Below are positions 27,931 to 35,600 of a stretch of 64,000 nt of DNA, piece after piece; position 1 is the stretch's first letter, and each line of letters starts with the position of its first letter. This DNA is from an uncultured Actinomycetes bacterium. GTDB taxonomy: Bacteria; Actinomycetota; Thermoleophilia; Gaiellales; Gaiellaceae. The position numbers and the translations under genes were made by a program. The DNA lies in contig CAWKBI010000003.1 of NCBI GenBank assembly GCA_963847845.1, forward strand, positions 468,483-532,482, given 5' to 3'. Below the pieces are notes generated by a model. The model searched no databases and was not told the origin of the DNA. It was given only the letters and a program-made list of their open reading frames with translations.

Positions 27931-28269
27931 CTATTTGCCGGACTGCAGTTCCCAGGCGCCGATGAACGCGTCTTCGATGACATCCGCGTTTCCGGCCTCG
28001 AGATCGGCGACGATCATCCTGTGCTTCGCGTAACGCTTCGGCACCGAGAACGTCTCGGGAAACGACTGCAGCAGGAAGTCTTTGAAGTCGAACGACGCGC
28101 GGATAACGACGTGGCTCCGGTCGAGTTGCCGGGCCACCACGCGCCCCTGGTACCGCCACTCGCGCAGACCGTCGCGGAGTCGCTCGACGACACCGTCGCA
28201 CTCAACCGCCAGACGGCTGAGGTCTTCGAGCCTTGCGGTTACGTGATCGCCGCCCTGCTCCTGATTCAC
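27931..28269 (-). CDS. MmcQ/YjbR-like protein
   Basis: REWRYQGRVVARQ...VVIRASFDFKDFLLQSFPETFSVPKRYAKHRMIVADL...IEDAFIGAWE pattern. GTG 28269 overlaps the SDR stop (GTGA). Confidence 0.5.
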   Translation of the reverse strand: MNQEQGGDHVTARLEDLSRLAVECDGVVERLRDGLREWRYQGRVVARQLDRSHVVIRASFDFKDFLLQSFPETFSVPKRYAKHRMIVADLEAGNADVIEDAFIGAWELQSGK

Positions 28270-29267
28270 CGAAACTCGCCGATCCCGCGGCCGTCGTCCT
28301 GTTCCCAGCCGAAGGCGGCAAGATAGCCCCAGCAGTCCGGCCGACTGCCGTCGGTGTCCGTGATGCTGTACGCGTCCGCGAGTTGGCGAGCGCTGATGAT
28401 GGTGCCGGCCCAGCGGTCGACGTCTGGCGACCCGGCAAGCGCCGCAACGCCTCTCGCGACATAGGCGGGCGACTCGGAGATACCGAATCCAGGGCGCTGG
28501 TTCAAGGCATCGCGCCAGTTGGCCTCGCTGACCCCGAAGTTCTCCAACATCTTCTCCGAGCGCAGCCAGCCCGGTGTCACACCGACGACGGTCAAGGGCT
28601 TGTGCTCCAGCTCGGCGTTGAGCCCTTTGACGATTCGCTCGACGTTGGCCTTGACCAGGTCGTAGTAGAAGCCCACGTTCCGCCGGAATTCGGCATTCGC
28701 CGCCGAGGTGCCGTCGGTCATCTCCACGATGAGCCCCTGCCCTCCCTGACCCTCGGCAGTTCGCAACATGAGCGGAATCGCGGCGCGGCATGTGATCAGG
28801 TGGGTGTGCACTCCCATCTGCAACATCCGCAGCCCGCCCTCCCAGTTGTGCTCCCAGAGTGGCTTATCCCACTCCATGTACCTGTCACCGCCAAAGATGT
28901 CGTTCACGAGAAGATCGAGTCGGCCCTGCTCACGCTCGAGGCCCGCGACTAACTCCGCAACCGCAGCAGGGTCTTCGTGGTCGACCACGAGCGCCGTCCC
29001 CTCGCCTCCTACGGCTGCGATGAGGTCTGCAGTCTCTTCGATCGTCTCGAGCCTGCCGATCTCAGATGGCCCGGTTGTCCGGGAGCTGCGACCAGTCGCG
29101 TAGACGTAGAAGCCCGCACGCGCGAGCTCAATGGCGATCGCACGTCCAGCGCCGCGCGTCGCACCCGCCACAAGCGCCACTCTCACCGCCTCGGTCACAT
29201 CGTCCCGAAGTATCGCACCGACACACTCACAGTTCGCGAATGTCCACCCGAGCGACCCGACAGTCAC
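28266..29267 (-). CDS. SDR family oxidoreductase
   Basis: VALVAGATRGAGRAIAIELARAGFYVYATGRS (TGxxxGxG-type fold), later YYDLVKANVERIV (YxxxK). Alternative GTG starts at 29198/29186. Confidence 0.8.
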   Translation of the reverse strand: MTVGSLGWTFANCECVGAILRDDVTEAVRVALVAGATRGAGRAIAIELARAGFYVYATGRSSRTTGPSEIGRLETIEETADLIAAVGGEGTALVVDHEDPAAVAELVAGLEREQGRLDLLVNDIFGGDRYMEWDKPLWEHNWEGGLRMLQMGVHTHLITCRAAIPLMLRTAEGQGGQGLIVEMTDGTSAANAEFRRNVGFYYDLVKANVERIVKGLNAELEHKPLTVVGVTPGWLRSEKMLENFGVSEANWRDALNQRPGFGISESPAYVARGVAALAGSPDVDRWAGTIISARQLADAYSITDTDGSRPDCWGYLAAFGWEQDDGRGIGEFR

Positions 29268-29653
29268 GAGCGGCGAGTCGCTACCCGATCACTTCCCACC
29301 GAAACATGACGCGAAGGTAACCGAAGGCGTTAACTCGCGAGGTCCACGGCAGAGAGTCCGCGCCGCCGAGGCGCGACCCGACGGCGCTCGTCGTAGCGCT
29401 CGACGACGCGTGTCGATCAATCGCGTAGCGTCCTCGGGGTGGACGGTGTTCTGAGGGAAGTGGTCGACAGCGACCTCGACGGACTCTCACAGACGCCTGA
29501 GCCAGACTCGAGCCGCGCGCGAGGCGTCTCCGTCGTCAGTGTTCGGGCAGGAGTCAGCGTGAACGTGCAGCACCGAGCCGGCTTCGAAGGATGAGCTCTG
29601 CGCCTCGGTGCGGTCATACGGGTAAGACCACCACGAGAGAAAAGGACGAATTG

Positions 29654-29812
29654 ATGAAACTGGCGACCATGACGCAAGTGACCGTCGACGGCGTGATGCA
29701 GGGAAACGGCGGCGCGTCGAATGAAGATCGCACGAGTGGGTTCGAACGCGTGCGGCTGGGCAAGGCAACTTCGATCCTTGGCGGGGGTAAACCGCTAGGC
29801 CGCACCTTCTGA
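29654..29812 (+). pseudogene. remnant of a RibD_C/dihydrofolate-reductase-family gene with a large internal deletion
   Basis: MKLATMTQVTVDGVMQGNGGASNEDRTSGFER is the family N-terminus. It joins directly to ILGGGKPL, a motif normally near the C-terminus. Only 52 codons remain. Confidence 0.55.
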
Positions 29813-29974
29813 GGCGGGCTTGCAACTGGTCCACGCTGGGTCTTGTTTGGGTCTCGGGTGGAAGTCGCAAGCCGGGGCTGTTAAAGCCGCTATTGATCGT
29901 ATAGCCTCGCTGCGGAGCGTCGATTGGCGCTGGGTTTGAAGCTGTGCCCTGCCGGCATGAATGGGAGGTCGAGA

Positions 29975-31087
29975 GTGACTCGGATGGTCAGACGGAACGC
30001 CGCGATGTCTGTTTGTATTGCGGTCGTTGCGGTGGCGTCAGCCGCATCGGCGGTGGGTTCGTCGTCGAGTGCGGGCGCTGCCCCCGCTGGTGTACAGGTG
30101 TCTGCGGGACCGCCGTTGCGGGCCGCGCCACCCGGGGTTTCGCACCAGGCGGACGCGCTCGCGTTCTTTCCACGAGTAACGACGGTCACCGCGGGTCAGT
30201 CGGTGACGTTCAACCTGAATGGGTTCCATACGGTCACCTTCGGGAGCCGGAAGGCCTTCCCACTGGTTGTGCCGCAGCAGGGGTTGCAGCCGCCGGCGGC
30301 AGACGTGGCAGGGCAGCCGCTCTGGTGGGTCGGCCGGGCGCCGCTGCTCGGGTTGAACTCGAAGGCGTTCCCGCAGATCGGCGGCTCGACGATTTCGAGC
30401 CCTTCACAGGTCGCGAGTTCGGGTCTTCAGCGCGTGTTTACAGCTTCGCCGAAGCATCCGCCGAAGCCGTACACGCTGACGTTCGCGAAGCCAGGTCTAT
30501 ATCGTTTCTTCTGCATCGTGCACCCAGGGATGGCAGGCGCAATTCGAGTGCTGCCGGGAACGGCGACCGCGCCTTCGCCCGCCCAGCTTGATCTCCGCGT
30601 GAAGGCGCAACTGGGCCGCACGATCAGCAACCTCAAGAGCATCCAGTCGCAGAACCCGACCGCCCCTCTCACTGTCTGGGTAGGCGCGGGCAAGCTTGAC
30701 GGGTCGGAGGTCACGTCGTTCTTCCCCAAGCGACTAACGGTCAAGGCGGGAGACACAGTGAAGTTCGTCTCGCACGACCCGACCGACATCCACACGGTCA
30801 CGTTCGGGCCACCGGCGTACACGACCCAGATTGAGAAGACCTTCGTCTCGCCGAAGGGGGTCAACCCGTTCGGGGCCTTCCCGAGTGAGCCGCCAGGCCC
30901 GCCCGGCGCGCCCGTGAGCTATGACGGTTCCAAGCACGGGAACGGCTACGTGAACAGCGGTCTCGTTAACCCGTACGCGGTCAAGGACACACCGCACCTG
31001 TTCCGAGTCACCTTCACGAAGGCCGGCGTCTACCACTTCGAGTGCGTCATCCACTCGAAGATGGACGGAACGATCGTCGTTCGCTAG
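29975..31087 (+). CDS. secreted two-domain cupredoxin (plastocyanin/pseudoazurin-like blue copper protein)
   Basis: Signal-like N-terminus (MVRRNAAMSVCIAVVAVASAASA). Two modules, each with a His...Cys-x2-His-x2-Met ligand set: FHTVTF...YRFFCIVHPGMAG and IHTVTF...YHFECVIHSKMDG. Start GTG 29975 follows GGGAGG. Confidence 0.8.
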   Translation: MTRMVRRNAAMSVCIAVVAVASAASAVGSSSSAGAAPAGVQVSAGPPLRAAPPGVSHQADALAFFPRVTTVTAGQSVTFNLNGFHTVTFGSRKAFPLVVPQQGLQPPAADVAGQPLWWVGRAPLLGLNSKAFPQIGGSTISSPSQVASSGLQRVFTASPKHPPKPYTLTFAKPGLYRFFCIVHPGMAGAIRVLPGTATAPSPAQLDLRVKAQLGRTISNLKSIQSQNPTAPLTVWVGAGKLDGSEVTSFFPKRLTVKAGDTVKFVSHDPTDIHTVTFGPPAYTTQIEKTFVSPKGVNPFGAFPSEPPGPPGAPVSYDGSKHGNGYVNSGLVNPYAVKDTPHLFRVTFTKAGVYHFECVIHSKMDGTIVVR

Positions 31088-31097
31088 GCGACTGGCA

Positions 31098-31802
31098 GTG
31101 ACTATCGCTCCTCCGGGGCGCTCTCCGTTTTCAGACGGGGCGCGCCTCGGAGCCATCATCGTCGCGGCTCTGCTCGCTTTCGCTCTGCTCGCCGGCGGCT
31201 GCGGAGGCCACTCCCGACCAGCGGCCTCGCCACCCACGGCTACCAGCGGGGCCGCGCCGAGGCAGACGGCGGCCCTGCGGGGACTCATCCCGAAGCCGCT
31301 CCCAACAAAACCGGCCTTCACGCTCACCGATGACCACGGACGGCAGTTCGACTTTGCAAACGACACGCGCGGCAAGCTCGTCTACCTCTACTTCGGCTAC
31401 ACGCACTGCCCAGACGTCTGCCCGCTGACGATGGGCTACATCGCGGCGGCGCTGCGACGGCAGGCGCCCGCGCTTCGCAGGAAGATCGAGGTGGTCTTCG
31501 TAACCGTCGACCCTGGCCGCGACACCCCAGCCGTCCTGCGCAATTGGCTAGGCCGCTACGACGCGTCCTTCGTCGGCCTGACCGGCACACCGGGTCAGAT
31601 CCGCACAGCCGAGCGGGACTCGGGCGCGCCGCTCGCACCGGCCGAAACGCCGAAGGGCTCCAACCATGCCGTGCAGCACAGCAGCCTCGTTTTCGCCTAC
31701 AGCCCGGACAGCCGGGCACACGTCGTCTACGCGGAGGGCTTCTCTCCCCGTGACTACGCGCATGACATGCCGATCCTGGTCGGTTTCCGCGCCCCAAGGT
31801 GA
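31098..31802 (+). CDS. SCO1/SenC family copper chaperone / thiol-disulfide protein (lipoprotein-like)
   Basis: LLAGGCGG lipobox-like site, YFGYTHCPDVCP (CxxxC), VFVTVDPGRDTP, and a conserved His in HSSLVF. Confidence 0.88.
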   Translation: MTIAPPGRSPFSDGARLGAIIVAALLAFALLAGGCGGHSRPAASPPTATSGAAPRQTAALRGLIPKPLPTKPAFTLTDDHGRQFDFANDTRGKLVYLYFGYTHCPDVCPLTMGYIAAALRRQAPALRRKIEVVFVTVDPGRDTPAVLRNWLGRYDASFVGLTGTPGQIRTAERDSGAPLAPAETPKGSNHAVQHSSLVFAYSPDSRAHVVYAEGFSPRDYAHDMPILVGFRAPR

Positions 31803-31814
31803 CGCCCGCCGCAG

Positions 31815-32261
31815 CTACCGGACGGCGGCCGCGCGGCGGCGCTCCATTGATGCGCCAGGAGGCGGAGGGGTCGCCTGCCCCAGTGTTCCGCAACGACGCC
31901 TGAACTCGTCGGGCCGGTTCCGTGGCCTAGCGTGAGCCGGGCCACGGAACCACTTCTGGTCTAGGCGGTGGGACACTCCGAGGGCCGTGCTGAAGGCGAC
32001 GTCGGCATAGTGAACGTCACCTTCCAGGCTGATCTCGGTCATGTTGTCCGCCACCCATGTGGCAACTGCGGCGCTTCCGCTCTCGGCCTCGTCACGGCTA
32101 TCCCATGCGCTGGACGAGAAGACTTTGCCCTCACCGATCGCTACCGCGTAGCTCTTGAACCCCGGCTGCGCCTTGAGGATCGGCAGGATACCTGCCTCCG
32201 CCCGCCTGCCCAGTTCCTGTCCGTCCCCGGTAAAGCTGTACGTCGCGATTCTTGCCACCAT
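31815..32261 (-). CDS. ABM/Dabb-like (antibiotic biosynthesis monooxygenase fold) protein with a suspicious ~48-aa C-terminal tail
   Basis: MVARIATYSFTGDG...LKAQPGFKSYAVAIGEGKVFSSSAWDSRDEAE. ATG 32261 is preceded by GGAGGGAG. The tail is Arg/Pro-rich and reads through the hairpin and a repeat copy. Confidence 0.6.
   Translation of the reverse strand: MVARIATYSFTGDGQELGRRAEAGILPILKAQPGFKSYAVAIGEGKVFSSSAWDSRDEAESGSAAVATWVADNMTEISLEGDVHYADVAFSTALGVSHRLDQKWFRGPAHARPRNRPDEFRRRCGTLGQATPPPPGASMERRRAAAVR
31874..31903. repeat. 29-30-nt direct repeat copy 1 (partner at 32356-32385)
   Basis: CTGCCCCAGTGTTCCGCAACGACGCCTGA versus CTGCCCGAGTGTTGCGGAACGACGCCTGA: 26/29 identical, all three differences C/G. 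Confidence 0.7.
31916..31951. terminator. perfect 12-bp-stem hairpin GGTTCCGTGGCC-(12 nt)-GGCCACGGAACC; possible terminator of the copper operon
   Basis: Read directly. Lies 114 nt after the SCO1 stop. No clean U-tract, so the terminator role is tentative. It lies inside the 3' tail of the minus-strand ABM ORF. Confidence 0.4.
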
Positions 32262-32355
32262 GTGGCTCCCTCCGTGCGTCGATCGTGAAGCGCAACGCAC
32301 TCCCATCGACCGGCGGCTCACAAAGAATCTGACAGATCGAGAGCGACTGCGTTCG

Positions 32356-32385
32356 GCTGCCCGAGTGTTGCGGAACGACGCCTGA
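32356..32385. repeat. 29-30-nt direct repeat copy 2 (partner at 31874-31903)
   Basis: See copy 1. Lies 18 nt downstream of the stop of the cupin at 32403. Confidence 0.7.
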
Positions 32386-32402
32386 CGGCTCCGCGAACGG
32401 CT

Positions 32403-32948
32403 CTAGCCCCAGGGCAGCAGTGGCCAGAACGACGGCCGCTCTCGCCGGAAACGCTCGGCCGTCGCATATACCTGCTCCGGATCGGATGTCTCTTTCTCCA
32501 CACTCGCGCCGTAGCGCGCTGCGAGGTCCGACACGGGATACCGCACTTCCGGGCTGATGTGCGCGCCAACCATCAGGACCACGCACGGCGCGTCGCCAGC
32601 TCCCACGAAGGCATGCTCCGTCCAGGGAGGTGAATGGAAGAAGTCCCAGGCTCGGAGGAGTCGCTCCTCGCCCTCGACGAGCAGCCTGCACTCACCGACC
32701 AGAACGAGGAAGGCCTCCTGATTCGCCTCGGCGTGGTAAACGCTGCCCTGGCCGGGCTCGAGGACGGTCACATTGATCCCGAGTTGCGCGAACTCGATCG
32801 GAGACTCGCCGTACTCGTTGGCGAACCAACACGCCGCGCCCCTCGTCTGCGACGAGAACCACTCGGCATCGCGCACGTTGACGACAAACCAACCCTCCGT
32901 GACGGGGGCAAGCCCGGAGCCGGCGTCCTCAAGCCTCGCTTCGTTCAC
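32403..32948 (-). CDS. cupin domain protein, paralog family A (copy 3)
   Basis: GWFVVNVRDAEW, VLEPGQGSVYHAEANQEAFLVLVGECRLLVEGEE, WDFFHSPPWTEHAFVG, AARYGASVEKETSDPEQVYA. Confidence 0.8.
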   Translation of the reverse strand: MNEARLEDAGSGLAPVTEGWFVVNVRDAEWFSSQTRGAACWFANEYGESPIEFAQLGINVTVLEPGQGSVYHAEANQEAFLVLVGECRLLVEGEERLLRAWDFFHSPPWTEHAFVGAGDAPCVVLMVGAHISPEVRYPVSDLAARYGASVEKETSDPEQVYATAERFRRERPSFWPLLPWG

Positions 32949-33056
32949 GCAGCAGATTCTCGCAGTCCAAGCGACGGCTGTCTCGCCTGCGCAAGTGTTC
33001 GTCTATGACGCCTGATCGCTTAACCAACGATCGGGCCGCACGCGGCGGTCCGTTGT

Positions 33057-33974
33057 TCAGAATGCGTTCGCAGCCGATTTCCACTCCCGGAGGCGCTGGG
33101 CGATTAGCTGGGCACGCTCCTCCTCGCTCCCGCCGTCCAGCACCTGGAGGTCTGAGAGGTCGGCTCGGAGATAGATGCCGGCGGTTCGGGCGTTCAGCTC
33201 GCGGTCGTGATCCGACCGTGTCGTCCAGTACCCGGTGGCGCGGTCGGCGGTCTCGACCTTGATCTCGCCGGTGCCTTCGAGCTGGGGGGCATTCGGGTGC
33301 CGAGGTCGCTCGCCCTTCCAGAAGTAGAGGATGCCGGCCGGATCCCTGCGCTCTTTCGCAGCCTCGCTCCAGTAGCGGGCCGACAGAGTGCCGTCCTCCT
33401 GCCAGGACCGGCCGTTCACGGTCAGGCTACCGTCGCGGTCCCGCGAGATGCTCAGGAGGCTTACCGCCGACGGTTCTTCCTCGCTTCGCATGGTGAGCGA
33501 GAGCTGCCACCACAGTCCCTCGACTGGTCCGCGGCGGCCCTCGGTCTCGATCGCCTTGCGGAGCTTCTGGTTGATCGCGCGAACTTCGCCCGGGCCGGTG
33601 GCCGGGTTGTACCGGACGGAGGTCAGTCCGAGCAGGTCGCTTGGCAGCTTCGAACCGTTCGCGTGGAGGATGAACGTGCGCCGGATGCCGAGCGCGCCGC
33701 CGAATAGACCGGCCTCGAACACCACGTTGTCGCGCGGCGACGCCTGGCCGGACTCTGACGCATCCGTGGTTGTCCAGTCGTCCTGGGCGAACACGAACGC
33801 GGCGAAGTCGACCTCCTGGGAGAGCTCGACGAGCCGGTCGAGGGTGGATCGCCCCGGGTTGAACGTGGTCGTCCAGGGCTCGACGTCGGCGACATCCTCG
33901 AGCCCGTGCGTGATCGCCTGGAGCAGTTTGGCCTGCTTGCCCGACGACCCGAGGAAGATGCGCGGTTTGTTCAT
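33057..33974 (-). CDS. TIR-like (Cap12/PycTIR-type, COG4271/PF10137-like) domain protein fused to an unassigned ~150-aa C-terminal domain
   Basis: N-terminal half: PRIFLGSSGKQ...EVDFAAFVFAQDD...SPRDNVVFEAGLFGGALGIRRTFIL...KLPSDLLGLTSVRY. This parallels the consensus I recall (VFIVHG...DFAIVLLTPDD...RARQNVIFELGYF.G.LGR.RV...PSD..G). The C-terminal half (WWQLSL...YFWKGERP...GYWTTRSD...) was not recognised. Start ATG 33974. Confidence 0.7.
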   Translation of the reverse strand: MNKPRIFLGSSGKQAKLLQAITHGLEDVADVEPWTTTFNPGRSTLDRLVELSQEVDFAAFVFAQDDWTTTDASESGQASPRDNVVFEAGLFGGALGIRRTFILHANGSKLPSDLLGLTSVRYNPATGPGEVRAINQKLRKAIETEGRRGPVEGLWWQLSLTMRSEEEPSAVSLLSISRDRDGSLTVNGRSWQEDGTLSARYWSEAAKERRDPAGILYFWKGERPRHPNAPQLEGTGEIKVETADRATGYWTTRSDHDRELNARTAGIYLRADLSDLQVLDGGSEEERAQLIAQRLREWKSAANAF

Positions 33975-34213
33975 GCGCGATTCATGATGACGGACATGGC
34001 GCAAACGCTACGCCGTGGGCAGCGCATGCGGATTTGTCGTGAAGCCCTCTGATGCTACTGCGCTTTCCCTGCAACACGGCAAGTTCTCAGTCTCGTGTAC
34101 CCCTTCCTTGAGGAGCCCTGAGTCTCCCCGAAAAACCTCGAACCTATCCCCAAAACCTGTCCCGTTGCGCGGGCACAGTCGCCTAGAGCGTCTTTACGCC
34201 CGAGCCTGGTTGC

Positions 34214-34585
34214 CTAAGGCTTGGCCGGCCGCAGGGCGAGCCGCGCGTACGGTGTGAGCGCGATCAGCGCCTTCACCGCGTAGACCGCGAGCAGCGCGGT
34301 GAGCGCCGACGCACCGAGCGGGGGCACCGCGTGCATTTCGGTTGCCGGCGAGCGTGCGGCGCACGAGGCGACGAGTAGCGCGAGCGCGGCGACCCAGAGA
34401 AGTGACTGCAGGCCTCCGAACGCCCGCCGACGGTCGTCCAGGTACGCACCGAACGCCTCGAGGGCTGCTACACCGGTGAATGGGACCGCAGCAATCAATG
34501 CGTCGAAGGCGAGGCCGTGCGCTCCGCGGGAGTCCGCGACCGCGGCAGCTGCCGCGAGTAGGACCGGAAGAGCACGACGAAGCAC
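34214..34585 (-). CDS. hypothetical small integral membrane protein
   Basis: 123 aa with 3-4 hydrophobic spans (LPVLLAAAAAV, LIAAVPFTGVAALEAF, LLWVAALALLVAS, LTALLAVYAVKALIAL). No family recognised. Confidence 0.5.
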   Translation of the reverse strand: MLRRALPVLLAAAAAVADSRGAHGLAFDALIAAVPFTGVAALEAFGAYLDDRRRAFGGLQSLLWVAALALLVASCAARSPATEMHAVPPLGASALTALLAVYAVKALIALTPYARLALRPAKP

Positions 34586-34656
34586 TGGTGGTTAGCTTCT
34601 CGCTCGCCCCGGATGGTCCTTCTATGCTCTCGCCGTCCCGAACAAGAGAGGGGTTC

Positions 34657-35337
34657 ATGGCTTCGCTCACCTGGCTCGGTCACGCAGCGTTCCGGCTCGA
34701 TACCTCCGACGGCAAGCGCTTCTACGTCGACCCGTGGCTGAGCGGGCCGACGACACCGGAGGGCGAGAAGAACCCAGCGCGCGCCGACGCGATCGCTGTC
34801 ACTCATGGTCACAGCGACCACGCCGCCGACGTTCCCGGACTTCAGCAGAAGCTCGGCTGCCCCGTGCTCGGGATGGTGGAGCTGATGGCGTGGTACTCGG
34901 CGAACGGGATCGACGAGTCGAACCTGATCCCGTTCAACAAGGGCGGTACCGTCGAGGTCGCGGGCGCACGGTTCACGATGACAAACGCCTTCCACTCGAG
35001 CGCGGCACCCGACCTCACATATGCCGGGGAGCCGGCCGGCTTCGTCGTCTCCGTCGACGGCATCCGGATCTACTTCGCCGGCGACACGACGGTCTTCGGC
35101 GACATGCAGCTGATCGCCCGCCTCTACGAGCCGACCGTGGCCGTCTTGCCGATCGGCGACCACTTCACGATGAGCCCGAAGGAGGCCGCGCTCGCGCTCG
35201 AGCTGCTCGGCAACCCGCGCTGCATTCCATGCCACTGGGGCACGTTCCCTCTCCTGACCGGCACGCCCGCCGCACTCGCGGCGCTGACGAGCGCCGTCGT
35301 CGAGAGCATCGCGCCGGGCGACACGGTCGAGTTGTGA
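34657..35337 (+). CDS. UPF0173-type metal-dependent hydrolase (MBL fold)
   Basis: LTWLGHAAFRL...FYVDPW...ADAIAVTHGHSDHAAD...IYFAGDT...LPIGDHFTMSP...CHWGTFP. Confidence 0.85.
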   Translation: MASLTWLGHAAFRLDTSDGKRFYVDPWLSGPTTPEGEKNPARADAIAVTHGHSDHAADVPGLQQKLGCPVLGMVELMAWYSANGIDESNLIPFNKGGTVEVAGARFTMTNAFHSSAAPDLTYAGEPAGFVVSVDGIRIYFAGDTTVFGDMQLIARLYEPTVAVLPIGDHFTMSPKEAALALELLGNPRCIPCHWGTFPLLTGTPAALAALTSAVVESIAPGDTVEL

Positions 35338-35600
35338 GAGAGCGCTGGTTCGGGTCGACGGGCCGGCGTGTCCCGGAGATCGCGCTCGAAGGCGAGCTCG
35401 AGCTCGGCGACGCCCTCGTACTCGACACGATCGACGGCGAGGCGCTTCGTGCAGCTCATGCAGACGGCCGGCCCGTTGTCGTGCGCGCAACGACCGCCAC
35501 CGAGGTGAGGGCCGCCCTCGCGCGTCCCGAAGTGGCGGCGGCGCTCGTCACCGATCGCTCACTGCTCGATCTCGACCTGACCGAGCTCACCTATGGGTGA
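35334..35600 (+). CDS. hypothetical protein (88 aa)
   Basis: GTGA overlap with the upstream stop, and its own stop overlaps ATG 35593. No family recognised. Confidence 0.4.
   Translation: MRERWFGSTGRRVPEIALEGELELGDALVLDTIDGEALRAAHADGRPVVVRATTATEVRAALARPEVAAALVTDRSLLDLDLTELTYG

Noticed and set aside
34015-34200. Structured ncRNA or riboswitch in the low-GC leader upstream of the TIR-like gene (repeated GAGACTCAG/GAGACTGAG, G-rich runs)
   Set aside because: I could not fold it into any known riboswitch architecture by eye and saw no clear terminator or antiterminator pair. It is mentioned only as context for the TIR-like finding; a covariance-model scan (Rfam) would be needed.
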